Notes: a model not told the origin generated them from the sequence alone. 43,401 nt of DNA from a bacterium (GCA_046757525.1 JBHHYI010000012.1:1-43401), one strand, 5' to 3'. Positions 8,981-18,429 are shown, numbered from the stretch's first letter. Program-made: numbers and translations.

Positions 8981-10336
8981 TTGCTACGGAAACGTTTTCG
9001 AACTTTCTTGAATCTGATCGTCCTTCCCGTCACCTATTTAATGCCTCCAAAAGCGCATTTGGTGGGACTCTTTGTCTCTTTGCTGGGCATAAGCTGGTGG
9101 GCCTGCCACTCTGGCAACGAGGACCATCCTCACGTACTTACCTATTGGTCGGCCAACAATCAATATGAAATAGACCTGGCCAGAAAGGTGGTTGAGGAAT
9201 GGAATCGTGCCCATCCGGAGATGCCGGTCAAACATCAGCCTGTCCCTGAAGGACAGTCCAGCGAAGAGGTGATTCTGGCCGCGGTCGTGGGCAAATCACC
9301 TCCGGACGTGTATTCCAACATGTGGCCGGGAACGGTTGAGTTCTATGCGAATGCGGGGGTTTTGGTGCCTCTTAGCCAGTTTCCCGATTTTGATTCGGTG
9401 ATGAATGCAAGAGTGAAACCGGATATTCTCGAGGGGGCCCGTTCTCGAGATGGCCAGGTCTACCAGATTCCGTGGAAAACCAATCCGGTGATGATGATGT
9501 ACAACAAAAAAATGCTGGCCGAAAACGGTTTCTCCAATCCACCGAGAACCTATTCAGAGTACGAGAGACAGGCCAAGGTCATTACGGCTGATTTGGACGG
9601 AGACGGCTATACCGATCGCTTCATGGGCATCCGCGATATCCGCGTGGTGTGGTGGCAACGGCTTTTCGACTATTATGCCTTCTACATTGCGGCCTCGGGC
9701 GGGCAGACGCTGTTGCAGAACGGCCAGGTTGCCTTTAACACTCCCACCTCTGTGGCCGTGTTTGCCTTCATCCAAACCCTGTTTAAGAAAGGCTACTTCC
9801 CCTTGCAGAAAGCTCAAGGCGCGGTGGATCCTTTTTTGTCCGGCCGGGTGGCGACGCGATTCACCGGGCCGTGGGAGATCGCACATGCGGAAAAATTCAA
9901 ACCTGAAGGCTTTGAATATGATTTTGCTCACATTCCGGTTCCGGACACTTTGACCGGTCCGGTTTATACTTACGGAGACTTTAAGAATATCGTAATCTTC
10001 AGAACCGGGAGCGACTCGAAACGCGCCTGGGCTTTCGTGAAATACATGATTTCTCGGCAAAATGATTATCGGTTGCTGGCCATGACCCATCAGCTTCCTT
10101 TGCGCAAGGGCATGGTGGAAGACTCTCTGTTTCAAGAGGCTTTCAAAAAAAACCCCAAACTGCTGAAGTTTGCCCAGCAGGCCCGGTACGTTCGCGGCCC
10201 GGATGTGTGCAAGGACCTGACGGAAATTTTTGATGCCATCTCCCAGGAATATGAGGCGTGCGTGCTCTACCAGACCAAGACGCCGGAACAGGCGATTGCG
10301 GACGCCGCAAAGCGGGCCGAACTGATTCTGAAATAA
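8981..10336 (+). CDS. Carbohydrate ABC transporter substrate-binding lipoprotein (family 1)
   Basis: Hydrophobic stretch ending WWAC; PPDV, DGQVYQIPW, MMYNKKML, TGPW and AWAFVKYM motifs; adjacent to two permeases. True start may be ATG 9041. Confidence 0.9.
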   Translation: MLRKRFRTFLNLIVLPVTYLMPPKAHLVGLFVSLLGISWWACHSGNEDHPHVLTYWSANNQYEIDLARKVVEEWNRAHPEMPVKHQPVPEGQSSEEVILAAVVGKSPPDVYSNMWPGTVEFYANAGVLVPLSQFPDFDSVMNARVKPDILEGARSRDGQVYQIPWKTNPVMMMYNKKMLAENGFSNPPRTYSEYERQAKVITADLDGDGYTDRFMGIRDIRVVWWQRLFDYYAFYIAASGGQTLLQNGQVAFNTPTSVAVFAFIQTLFKKGYFPLQKAQGAVDPFLSGRVATRFTGPWEIAHAEKFKPEGFEYDFAHIPVPDTLTGPVYTYGDFKNIVIFRTGSDSKRAWAFVKYMISRQNDYRLLAMTHQLPLRKGMVEDSLFQEAFKKNPKLLKFAQQARYVRGPDVCKDLTEIFDAISQEYEACVLYQTKTPEQAIADAAKRAELILK

Positions 10337-10411
10337 ACGATTTTGCCATCGTGGCCGAACAATAGACGATTGCCCAAAAGATGAAAAACTTGGAATTTTC
10401 AAGAGTGTGCC

Positions 10412-11296
10412 ATGCGGCGCCTTAAATCAAAAATCCGGCAAAATGGCCGCGTGGGGTACATGCTCGTTCTGCCTTACGCCGTGCATTTCAGCCTGTTTGT
10501 AGCCTTTCCGGTGATCTTTTGTGCTGTGTTGGTGTTTCACAAGTGGGATATCGTCTCGCACATGCAGTGGGTTGGGCTGAACAATTTTGCCAAGCTCTTG
10601 CAGGACGGGTTATTTTTGAGAGCTGTTCTGAACACCCTGACTTTTCTGGTGGTGCACATTCCGCTGCAAATAGGGGTCGCTCTGTTTTTGGCAGAACTCC
10701 TCAATCAAAAAATAAAATGGCGGGGATTCTTCCGGGCCGCCTTTTTCATGCCGGTAGTGGTCTCCGGGGTGGTAGTCACCATGTTGTGGGATCAATTGTA
10801 CGCTCAGGACACCGGCATCATCAATCTGCTGTTGATAAGAATCGGTTTGGGAAAAGTTCCCTGGCTCACCAGCCCAACCTTAGCCATGCCCAGCATTGCC
10901 GTCATGGCGACCTGGAAGAATGTGGGATTGTACATTGTCCTGTTTTTGGTGGGCTTGCAAAGCGTGCCGCCGGACTTGCACGAGGCGGCCGATCTCGAAG
11001 GGGCTTCCCACTGGTACAAATTTACCCGCATTACCCTGCCCATGATCAATCCGACGATTTTGCTCGTGGTCATTCTCTCGACGATCAACGGATTCTCTTT
11101 GTTCATCGAGCCTTATATTATGACGGGTGGCGGGCCCCTGAACAGAACTCTGTCGGCGGTGTTGTATATCTACAATCAGGGGTTTTCTTTTTATCACATG
11201 GGCTATGCGGCCACTCTGGCTTTTTGCTTCGCGGCCATCGTGTTTGTGGTAGTGACCGTTCAGCGCAAAGTTGTCGAGCAGGAGTCGGTTTACTGA
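10412..11296 (+). CDS. Carbohydrate ABC transporter permease (MalF/UgpA type)
   Basis: Multiple TM helices, WVGLNNF, EAA loop LHEAADLEGAS, MTGGGP. Confidence 0.93.
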   Translation: MRRLKSKIRQNGRVGYMLVLPYAVHFSLFVAFPVIFCAVLVFHKWDIVSHMQWVGLNNFAKLLQDGLFLRAVLNTLTFLVVHIPLQIGVALFLAELLNQKIKWRGFFRAAFFMPVVVSGVVVTMLWDQLYAQDTGIINLLLIRIGLGKVPWLTSPTLAMPSIAVMATWKNVGLYIVLFLVGLQSVPPDLHEAADLEGASHWYKFTRITLPMINPTILLVVILSTINGFSLFIEPYIMTGGGPLNRTLSAVLYIYNQGFSFYHMGYAATLAFCFAAIVFVVVTVQRKVVEQESVY

Positions 11297-11297
11297 T

Positions 11298-12104
11298 ATG
11301 AAGAAGGTTGCATTCTACTTGCTGCTGGTTTCTTGGACCGTCGTGTTCATTTATCCGTTCTTGTGGATGATTTCGGCTACTGTTCGGCCTGAAAAAGAAA
11401 TCGGAAGCTTTAATATCCTGCCCTCCCATTTTACCCTTTACAGCTATGCACAGGTGTTTGCAAAGATTCCTATCGTCAGGGCGTTTTTAAACAGTCTATT
11501 TGTGGCCTTGGCAGTGACTGCGGGTGTTTTGGTGTTTTGTTCGATGATCGGGTATGCCCTCAGTCGTCTGCGCTTTCGGGGTCGCGGCATGATTTTTAAC
11601 ATGGTGTTGTTCACCATGATGATTCCGTTTCAGATAATCCTGATTCCTCTGTATATTCTCATGGTCAAATTGGGTTGGGTCAATACCTACTGGTCGCTCA
11701 TCGTGCCATGGATGGTCAGCGCGCTGGGGATTGTCATGTTCCGGCAGTATTTTCTCAGCATCCCCCAGGATCTAATCGACGCGGCACGCATAGACGGGTG
11801 TGGCGAGCTTCGGATCATCTTTCGCATCGTCTGGCCGATTTCAGCCCCTGCCCTGGTCACGGTTGGCATTTTGACATTTATGACCACCTGGAACGAAGTG
11901 CTTTGGCCGCTCATCGTCATCAGAGAGCGTACTCTTATGACCATGCCGCAATTGGTGACCATTTTTGCCGTCGGTGGTCAGGCGGAATCCCAACTGGGGG
12001 TGCAGTTGGCGGCGGCCACACTTTTAGCGCTGCCAGTGATTGTTGCTTATGCTTTTTTCCAAAGATACTTTATCGCAAGTATGGCGACTTCCGGTTTGAA
12101 GTAA
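11298..12104 (+). CDS. Carbohydrate ABC transporter permease (MalG/UgpE type)
   Basis: FLNS, GYALSRLRFRG, EAA loop LIDAARIDGC, WNE.LWPLI. ATG at 11298 follows the upstream stop by one base. Confidence 0.93.
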   Translation: MKKVAFYLLLVSWTVVFIYPFLWMISATVRPEKEIGSFNILPSHFTLYSYAQVFAKIPIVRAFLNSLFVALAVTAGVLVFCSMIGYALSRLRFRGRGMIFNMVLFTMMIPFQIILIPLYILMVKLGWVNTYWSLIVPWMVSALGIVMFRQYFLSIPQDLIDAARIDGCGELRIIFRIVWPISAPALVTVGILTFMTTWNEVLWPLIVIRERTLMTMPQLVTIFAVGGQAESQLGVQLAAATLLALPVIVAYAFFQRYFIASMATSGLK

Positions 12105-12107
12105 CTT

Positions 12108-12197
12108 GCAGGAAACGCCGGTTTTCTGTAACGCAAACGTGTCGTTTGCGCAGTTTTCAGAAGGCAGAAGGTGACTTTTTTCAAAAAGGTCATCTTC
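12108..12197. repeat. Three tandem hairpins (REP-like) between the permease and the next gene
   Basis: CAGGAAAC..GTTTTCTG; CGCAAACG-tgt-CGTTTGCG (12132-12150) preceded by GTAA; GAAGGTGACTTTTT..AAAAAGGTCATCTTC (12167-12197). Confidence 0.6.
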
Positions 12198-12214
12198 TTT
12201 GAAGGTTGGGAGAT

Positions 12215-13534
12215 ATGCAGCGTCGATTAAATCGAAACGGTCTCAGACGGTCCGGATTGTTCCTGGTTTTGCTGCTATTTGTTGGCTGCCAAACCGAGGC
12301 GCCACCGGCCGATTTGCGGCTACGTTGGTTCAATCTGGCCCATCTGAATCATCTTTACCAGGAGGTGACGATGGACGGCGCGGAAATGGCGATTGTGCAC
12401 ATCTACTCAGAATATCCGGATTACGGGTGGGTTGACGCTGGTGATGAAGGCATCGCTTGTGTGGACGACGCCGCACGTGCCGCGGTGGTGTATCTGCGCC
12501 ATTTTGAACTCTCCGCCGATTCCACCAGTTTGCTGCGCGCGCGCAAACTTCTGGATTTTTGCCGTCACATGCAGGCTGAGGACGGGCAGTTCTACAATTT
12601 TATTTTTGCAGACCATAGCATCAATCGCACGGGCCGAACCAGTCACAAGAGTTTCGGTTGGTGGGCGGCACGCGCTGTTTGGGCGTTAGGTGAAGGCTTC
12701 CGTGTTTTTCGCAACCAGGATGCGGCTTACGCCGCGATTCTGGAGCAGCACATTCAAAAGACTTTTGTGCACCTGGACACGATGCTGGTACATTACCACG
12801 AGATCGCGGTGGTCGAAGGTTTCGACGTGCCCCACTGGTTGTTGTACAATTCGGCAGCCGACGCCACTTCCGAGCTGGTGCTGGGTCTGGCAGCCTACAG
12901 CGAAGCTTCCGGGGATGCAAGGGCAAGGCAGTTTGTGCAAAAGTTTGCCGAAGGTTTAATGGCCATGCAGATCACCGATGATCATGGCTTTCCTTATTAC
13001 TTGTTCTTGTCGTGGAAGAATGTTTGGCACGGGTGGGGCAACAGTCAAACGCAAGCCCTGGCCATCGCAAGTAAAGTTTTGGACAATTCTGAGATTAGAG
13101 AAGCTGCTGAGAAGGAGGCGTTAACTTTTTACCCGTACTGGATTAGCAACGGGTTTCCGAGAGAAATGATCTTTACAAGAAATGACTCGCTGAGCGTGCA
13201 ACAAGTCAAAGCCTACGACCAGATTGCTTACGCCATTCGACCGGCGGTGGTAGGCTGTTTAAGACTTTATGATCTCACCCGGCGACCCAGATTTGCTGAG
13301 ATAGCTGGAGAATTGGCCGCCTGGTTTTTTGGCGGGAATTCAGCCAGGCAGGCCATGTACGACCCGGAGACGGGTCGCTGTTTCGATGGCATTCTTTCAC
13401 CAACTGAAATTAACCTGAATTCAGGAGCTGAATCTACCATTGAGGCACTTTATTCGCTTCTCGAAGTGGAAGTAAATCCAATTGCCTGGAAAAGATTGCA
13501 GAAATTTTTAAATTCACAACAGATTATTTATTAA
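12215..13534 (+). CDS. Lipoprotein with an uncharacterised helical, probably (alpha/alpha)6 glycosidase-like, domain
   Basis: Lipobox FVGC; motifs EGIACVDDAARA, FYNFI, RAVWALG and GRCFDGI..NLNSGAES shared with 15848 and with the C-terminal half of 18430. Fold and function are inferred. Confidence 0.75.
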   Translation: MQRRLNRNGLRRSGLFLVLLLFVGCQTEAPPADLRLRWFNLAHLNHLYQEVTMDGAEMAIVHIYSEYPDYGWVDAGDEGIACVDDAARAAVVYLRHFELSADSTSLLRARKLLDFCRHMQAEDGQFYNFIFADHSINRTGRTSHKSFGWWAARAVWALGEGFRVFRNQDAAYAAILEQHIQKTFVHLDTMLVHYHEIAVVEGFDVPHWLLYNSAADATSELVLGLAAYSEASGDARARQFVQKFAEGLMAMQITDDHGFPYYLFLSWKNVWHGWGNSQTQALAIASKVLDNSEIREAAEKEALTFYPYWISNGFPREMIFTRNDSLSVQQVKAYDQIAYAIRPAVVGCLRLYDLTRRPRFAEIAGELAAWFFGGNSARQAMYDPETGRCFDGILSPTEINLNSGAESTIEALYSLLEVEVNPIAWKRLQKFLNSQQIIY

Positions 13535-13656
13535 GATACTAAGCCTTTTCTCAGACAGTGCTGCGAAAAGGTGGCTGACGCAGCAAAGCGAAAAGGAAAT
13601 CCGAAGTACTAAGCACGAAATTCTAAACAAATAGTGTCGTATTTCGATATTCGCAT

Positions 13657-13713
13657 TTAGGCGCTTGAATATATCGACAAAATTTTGTCGATGTTGGGTC
13701 ACTAAGCGCCTAA
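13657..13713. repeat. Nested inverted repeat with a perfect 20-bp palindromic core
   Basis: TTAGGCGCTT (13657-13666) and AAGCGCCTAA (13704-13713) enclose ATCGACAAAATTTTGTCGAT (13673-13692). Confidence 0.75.
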
Positions 13714-13851
13714 TTTAACCACCGAGATTCGCCGATAAGGATTGAAACCGTAACAATCGAAGACAAGTTTTCAATAGAGATCAGATTTGCGGCTTAACTA
13801 ATCCACGCAAATCTGTAGGAGTCCGTTGTAGAGTTTTGTAAAACACAAAAT

Positions 13852-14880
13852 ATGGGAAAGCCTATGCGCATAGCCATGCTTGCACCAATTTCATGGCGCA
13901 CACCGCCCAGACATTACGGCCCCTGGGAATTGGTCACCAGCCTTCTTACTGAAGGGCTTGTACAAAAAGGGATGGATGTTACGCTATTTGCCACGAAAGA
14001 TTCCATTACCAAAGCGAAACTAAGAGCTGTCGCTCCGTGCGGGTATTCGGAAGATGCCGCTTCAGAACCCAAGGTGTGGGAATGTTTGCATATCTCAAAT
14101 GTCTTTGAGCATGCAGACGAATTTGACCTCATTCACAACCAATTTGATTTTTTGCCGTTGACCTACTCCGGTCTCGTAAAAACGCCCGTAGTGACAACGA
14201 TCCATGGATTTTCATCCCCAAACATTGTGCCGGTTTATGAGAAATACAATAAGACGTGCAACTACGTTTCCATAAGCAACGCCGACCGAAATCCCAAGCT
14301 TGACTACATGGCCACGATATATCATGGCATCGCTATGGATGAGTTCGCGTACACGCCTGAGCCTGAAGACTATCTTTTGTTCTTTGGAAGAATTCATTCC
14401 GACAAAGGCGTTTGGGAAGCGATCCAACTGGCTAAAAAAACAAAATCCCAACTGATAATCGCCGGCATCATACAAGACCAAAAATATTTCGATGAAAAAG
14501 TGGCTCCCTTTTTCGAGGGTGAACAAATCAAATTTATTGGCCCGGTTGCAAGAACAAGACGGTCCGAGGTTCTTGGTAAGGCTAAGGCCATTCTACACCT
14601 GATCAACTTTGATGAGCCTTTCGGAATGACGGTAATCGAAGGTATGGCCTGCGGCACACCCGTGATTGCCATTTCCAGGGGGGCTATGCCCGAACTCATA
14701 AGAGATGGGGAAACGGGTTTTTTGATCCCTCACTGGCAAGCCGGCTCGCAGGTCATATCCGAGATTCCAAAAATCAAACGCGAGAGCTGTCGTGAATGGA
14801 TCCAAAAGTGCTTTACTCAGCAGCAGATGGTTAATGGATATTTAGATGTTTATAATAGAATTCTTAACTTAGAGAGGTAG
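13852..14880 (+). CDS. Glycosyltransferase family 4 protein
   Basis: MRIAMLAPI..PP..YG, VTTIHG, FFGRI..DKG, EX7E motif EPFGMTVIE-GMACGTPVI, DGETGF. Confidence 0.93.
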   Translation: MGKPMRIAMLAPISWRTPPRHYGPWELVTSLLTEGLVQKGMDVTLFATKDSITKAKLRAVAPCGYSEDAASEPKVWECLHISNVFEHADEFDLIHNQFDFLPLTYSGLVKTPVVTTIHGFSSPNIVPVYEKYNKTCNYVSISNADRNPKLDYMATIYHGIAMDEFAYTPEPEDYLLFFGRIHSDKGVWEAIQLAKKTKSQLIIAGIIQDQKYFDEKVAPFFEGEQIKFIGPVARTRRSEVLGKAKAILHLINFDEPFGMTVIEGMACGTPVIAISRGAMPELIRDGETGFLIPHWQAGSQVISEIPKIKRESCREWIQKCFTQQQMVNGYLDVYNRILNLER

Positions 14881-14886
14881 CAACAG

Positions 14887-15855
14887 ACGGAAACAGTAAA
14901 TGATTTTCAAGACCCAACTGCACTATTTGAGCGCTTTCGAGGCAATCCAATCTTGACGGCTGCTGACTGGCCTTATCCGGCCGCCGCCGTGTTTAACGCA
15001 GGCGCCATTAGGTTTGGTGGTGAGACGCTCCTGCTGGTGCGGGTTGAAGACTTACAGGGCATGTCCCATTTGACTGTGGCACGCAGTCGGCATGGTTTTG
15101 CGGACTGGCAGATAGATTCTCAACCCACCTTTGTCGCCGATCCGGAAAAGTATCCTGAAGAATTGTGGGGGGTGGAAGATCCCCGCATCGTTTTTTTGGA
15201 AGAGAAGCAGCAGTATGCCATCACCTACGTGGCCTATTCCCGTGGCGGGCCGATGGTTTCATTGGCGACGACGGGCGATTTTAGACATTTCGAGCGATAT
15301 GGCGCCATCATGCCCCCGCACAACAAAGACGCGTCCCTGTTTCCCCGTAGATTTGACGGCAAATGGGCTCTCATTCATCGGCCTAAACCAGGGGGAGCGC
15401 ATCTCCGTGCCCATATATGGATTTCCTACTCCCCTGACCTGGTGCATTGGGGTGGGCATCGCATTCTTTTGGAAGCTCGGTTAGGCGGCTGGTGGGATGT
15501 TGACAAGATCGGGTTGGGGCCGCAGCCCATCGAAACGGACGAGGGTTGGCTCATCATCTATCATGGCGTGCGAGTAACCGCCTCCGGCGCCATCTATCGT
15601 CTGGGCTTAGCCTTGTTGGATTTGGAGAATCCAGCCAAAATAATCCGTCGCAGCAAGCATTGGTTCCTCGGTCCGGCTGAACCGTACGAACGCATTGGCG
15701 ACGTGCAAAACGTGACTTTCCCGTGCGGTGCCGTGACCAATGACGCCACGGGTGAACTGCATCTGTACTACGGGGCTGCCGATACGTGTATCGCCCTGGC
15801 CTCGGCCAAAATCAGTGATTTGCTGGATTTTCTCAAGCAGGATAGCTATGAATAG
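14887..15855 (+). CDS. GH130 beta-mannoside phosphorylase-like protein
   Basis: LFERFRGNPIL, FNAGA, EDPR, NKDA.LFP, HRP, DKIG, YHG, NVTFPCG, YGAAD. The conserved N-terminus lies upstream of the ORF-track start (TTG 14953). The start is placed tentatively at ACG 14887, 8 nt after GAGGT. Confidence 0.88.
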   Translation, partial: TETVNDFQDPTALFERFRGNPILTAADWPYPAAAVFNAGAIRFGGETLLLVRVEDLQGMSHLTVARSRHGFADWQIDSQPTFVADPEKYPEELWGVEDPRIVFLEEKQQYAITYVAYSRGGPMVSLATTGDFRHFERYGAIMPPHNKDASLFPRRFDGKWALIHRPKPGGAHLRAHIWISYSPDLVHWGGHRILLEARLGGWWDVDKIGLGPQPIETDEGWLIIYHGVRVTASGAIYRLGLALLDLENPAKIIRRSKHWFLGPAEPYERIGDVQNVTFPCGAVTNDATGELHLYYGAADTCIALASAKISDLLDFLKQDSYE

Positions 15856-17899
15856 GGTCGTCCTTTTTTTGCTGATCCAACTCACACTGACGTGGCCGAC
15901 CTTTGCACAAGGGGGATTCATCAATTTCGCCCATCTCGACCATTTGACAGAGACCATTGCATTTGACGGTGATTCCATGGCAATCGTTCACATCTTTTCC
16001 AAATTTCCGGATTACGGATGGGTAAACGACGAGGATGAAGGGATGGCCGCGGTAGATGATGCGGCCCGGGCCACGGTGGCGTACCTGATGCACTATCAAC
16101 AGTTCAAGGACTTTCACAGCCTGAACACGGCCAAACTGCTGTTGAAATTTCTGTTCCACATGCAGGCGGCCGATGGCGGGTTTTACAATTTTATCTGGCC
16201 TGATTTTTCCATCAATTTTACTGGAAATACCAGCAACAACAACAGTTTCAATTTCTGGGCCAGCCGGGCCTTGTGGGCCATGGGACTTGGTTACAACGTT
16301 TTTGTTGAGGAGAACATTGAATCGGAATTGCGTACAGAACTTGAAACCCGCATCAATCAGGCTATCAACAAAGCCAGCTCCATTGCCTGGAATGCCAATC
16401 ATTTCCAAACTAAATACGGTTTCCAGGTGCCAGCTTCTTCCTGGCTGTTAAATAACGGTGCCGACCAGTCCTCTGAGGCGGCATTAGGACTGGCGTATTA
16501 TTACGAAGTGACGCAAAGCAATGCGGCCAGCGACCTCCTAACCAGACTCTGTGATGGGCTGGTGGCTTTTCAATTGGGAGACGCACTGGAATTTCCATTC
16601 TCAGCTCACTTGCCCTATGTCCCTGACATATTTCTGTGGCACGGTTGGGGCAGCCGCCAAACGCAAGCCCTGGCCCTCGCCGGTCGCATAATGCATCGCG
16701 ACGAGTGGATTGAATCAGCCCAAAACGAAGCCGATAATTTCTATCTGCAAATATTAACCTCCCAACAACTTCATGAATTGCGGCCTGGACCTGTTTTTTT
16801 CCCGCAAATCAACTATGATGTGAGTCCCATGGTAGGTGGACTCATCGAGCTCTTTCGCGCCACAAGCGATGCGAAATATGCACAATATGCCGGTTTAATC
16901 GGAACCTGGTGGTTGGGCAATAATGCCCAATCATTTGCCATGTACGATTCCACCACCGGACGGTGTTTCGATGGTCTGGAGGTCAGTGGTATCAATCTCG
17001 ACAGCGGGGCCGAATCCGTAGCCGAGGGCCTCATGAGCTTACAGGCTCTATATTACACCCCTGAAGCACGCTCATTTTTGCATGATACTGTCGTCACGGA
17101 TAATCGCTATATCCTGCTCGAAGGAGAACATTTCTCTGAAATCCTTTCCGGTTCGCCAGAAATCATATTCAGGCAATCACTTGGCGACGCACAATTTAGC
17201 AATAACAGGTATTTGAAGCTGGTAGCCGGCGATGGCGTCGCCTATAGCTTTACGCTTGAGAATCCCTTTCCCGACGTAAAGGACTATGTGCTTTACCTGC
17301 AATTTATCCAGGAAACCGGCGTTGCCGATGAAATCGCTCTGGACATCTCCTTAGACCGTGGCCCTGCCGTCAGGCTCTTGCAGGGCGGCTCATCCAGCCG
17401 ATTTTTGTGGGTCCGCCACCTGTCAAATTCAATGCTTATGCAGCCTGGCGCTCATACCCTGGAAGTTAAATTCTCAGGCAGCAATGCCGCAACAAGCGCC
17501 AACCTGGATTACCTAATTTTGCAACCTTCAACACAGCGAAAAATCTTCGTGAATCCAGCAGGCGACACCGTGTCGGTCGAAAGACATATCCCTGTGGTGG
17601 TCAGCGTGGATGAGCCTGAAAACGCTCCCATCCCTGAAACCACCATCTTAAGGCAAAATTATCCCAATCCATTCAACCCCCAAACGACGATTCCATTTGC
17701 ATTAGAAAAAAGCTCCTTCGTGACTTTAAAAGTCTATAACCTGAAGGGCCAGGAAGTAACCGTTTTGCTCCAGGAGTATTTACCCACTGGGGACCATCAT
17801 GTGGTTTGGGACGCCCATGGACTACCCAGCGGGGTCTATTTTTGTTCATTGCAAACGAGGTCACATAATATTAAACGAAAAATGATTTTACTGAGATAA
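15848..17899 (+). CDS. Secreted protein: helical glycosidase-like domain, CBM-like beta-sandwich and T9SS type-A C-terminal domain
   Basis: Signal peptide MNRVVLFLL...TFA-Q from ATG 15848; N-domain paralogous to 12215; LLEGE..GAHTLEV..NLDYL sandwich; QNYPNPFNPQTTI...SGVYF...KRKMILLR. Confidence 0.85.
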   Translation: MNRVVLFLLIQLTLTWPTFAQGGFINFAHLDHLTETIAFDGDSMAIVHIFSKFPDYGWVNDEDEGMAAVDDAARATVAYLMHYQQFKDFHSLNTAKLLLKFLFHMQAADGGFYNFIWPDFSINFTGNTSNNNSFNFWASRALWAMGLGYNVFVEENIESELRTELETRINQAINKASSIAWNANHFQTKYGFQVPASSWLLNNGADQSSEAALGLAYYYEVTQSNAASDLLTRLCDGLVAFQLGDALEFPFSAHLPYVPDIFLWHGWGSRQTQALALAGRIMHRDEWIESAQNEADNFYLQILTSQQLHELRPGPVFFPQINYDVSPMVGGLIELFRATSDAKYAQYAGLIGTWWLGNNAQSFAMYDSTTGRCFDGLEVSGINLDSGAESVAEGLMSLQALYYTPEARSFLHDTVVTDNRYILLEGEHFSEILSGSPEIIFRQSLGDAQFSNNRYLKLVAGDGVAYSFTLENPFPDVKDYVLYLQFIQETGVADEIALDISLDRGPAVRLLQGGSSSRFLWVRHLSNSMLMQPGAHTLEVKFSGSNAATSANLDYLILQPSTQRKIFVNPAGDTVSVERHIPVVVSVDEPENAPIPETTILRQNYPNPFNPQTTIPFALEKSSFVTLKVYNLKGQEVTVLLQEYLPTGDHHVVWDAHGLPSGVYFCSLQTRSHNIKRKMILLR

Positions 17900-18048
17900 T
17901 GACTTGCTTGACTGTCTCGGGGCAGATCATTAAGGAGAAGATTCGGTGCCATCGCTCGAAGACAATTACCTCTGCGCTTCAATAAATATCAATTCAAAGT
18001 GAACTAATGGGTGCAACGGGTCGTTTCAATTTAGTTATTCATCTGAAT

Positions 18049-18413
18049 CTTAGCGCGGCAAGCCGCAAATTTAGCCGCGGATTGACCCAGCGCGGCCTTT
18101 GGCCGCAACCAACTAATTGATTAAGCCACGGATTTACACTGATTGACACGGATAAAATGAGTTTTGAATTCGAAGTATTGTTGGCTCATTCATTACGATG
18201 CCATTAACAAAATCCGTGTTTCATCAGTGCGCATCCGTGGCTAAGATATGCTTAATGGTTTTACCAGACAGATCAGTCATAGAGTTTAAAGAAACTTTGC
18301 CAAAAAAACACAGTGTTGTCAGCTTGTAGTACTGATGAAATTCCATAATCAAAAGAGGAAGAACGGAATTCGAAAATCGCCAATCAGGCCAGTGGCGGCT
18401 TTGCCGCACTGGG
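18049..18413. repeat. Composite palindromic REP/MITE-like element
   Basis: Outer imperfect IR CCCAGCGCGGC..GCCGC (from 18086) and GCGGCTTTGCCGCACTGGG (18395-18413); inner IR 18124-18153 and 18212-18242. Related copies at 25190-25228 and 43177-43247. Confidence 0.8.
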
Positions 18414-18429
18414 CATTGTGCACTAACTT

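Noticed and set aside
10519..12202. Alternative-frame + strand ORFs 10519-11301 and 11675-12202
   Set aside because: They are nested in the ABC permeases, which have clear EAA motifs, and their own translations look non-protein-like.
14878..14880. Pyrrolysine or genome-wide TAG recoding
   Set aside because: Other genes end properly at TAG after conserved C-termini (2935, 7079, 36339, 40558), and no pyl genes are present in the window.
14900..14956. ATG at 14900 as the GH130 start
   Set aside because: It is out of frame and closes after 18 codons. It would need a frameshift and has no well-spaced SD.
15740..15847. ORF-track N-terminal extension of the secreted protein
   Set aside because: It overlaps the GH130 3' end, and a clean signal peptide begins at ATG 15848.
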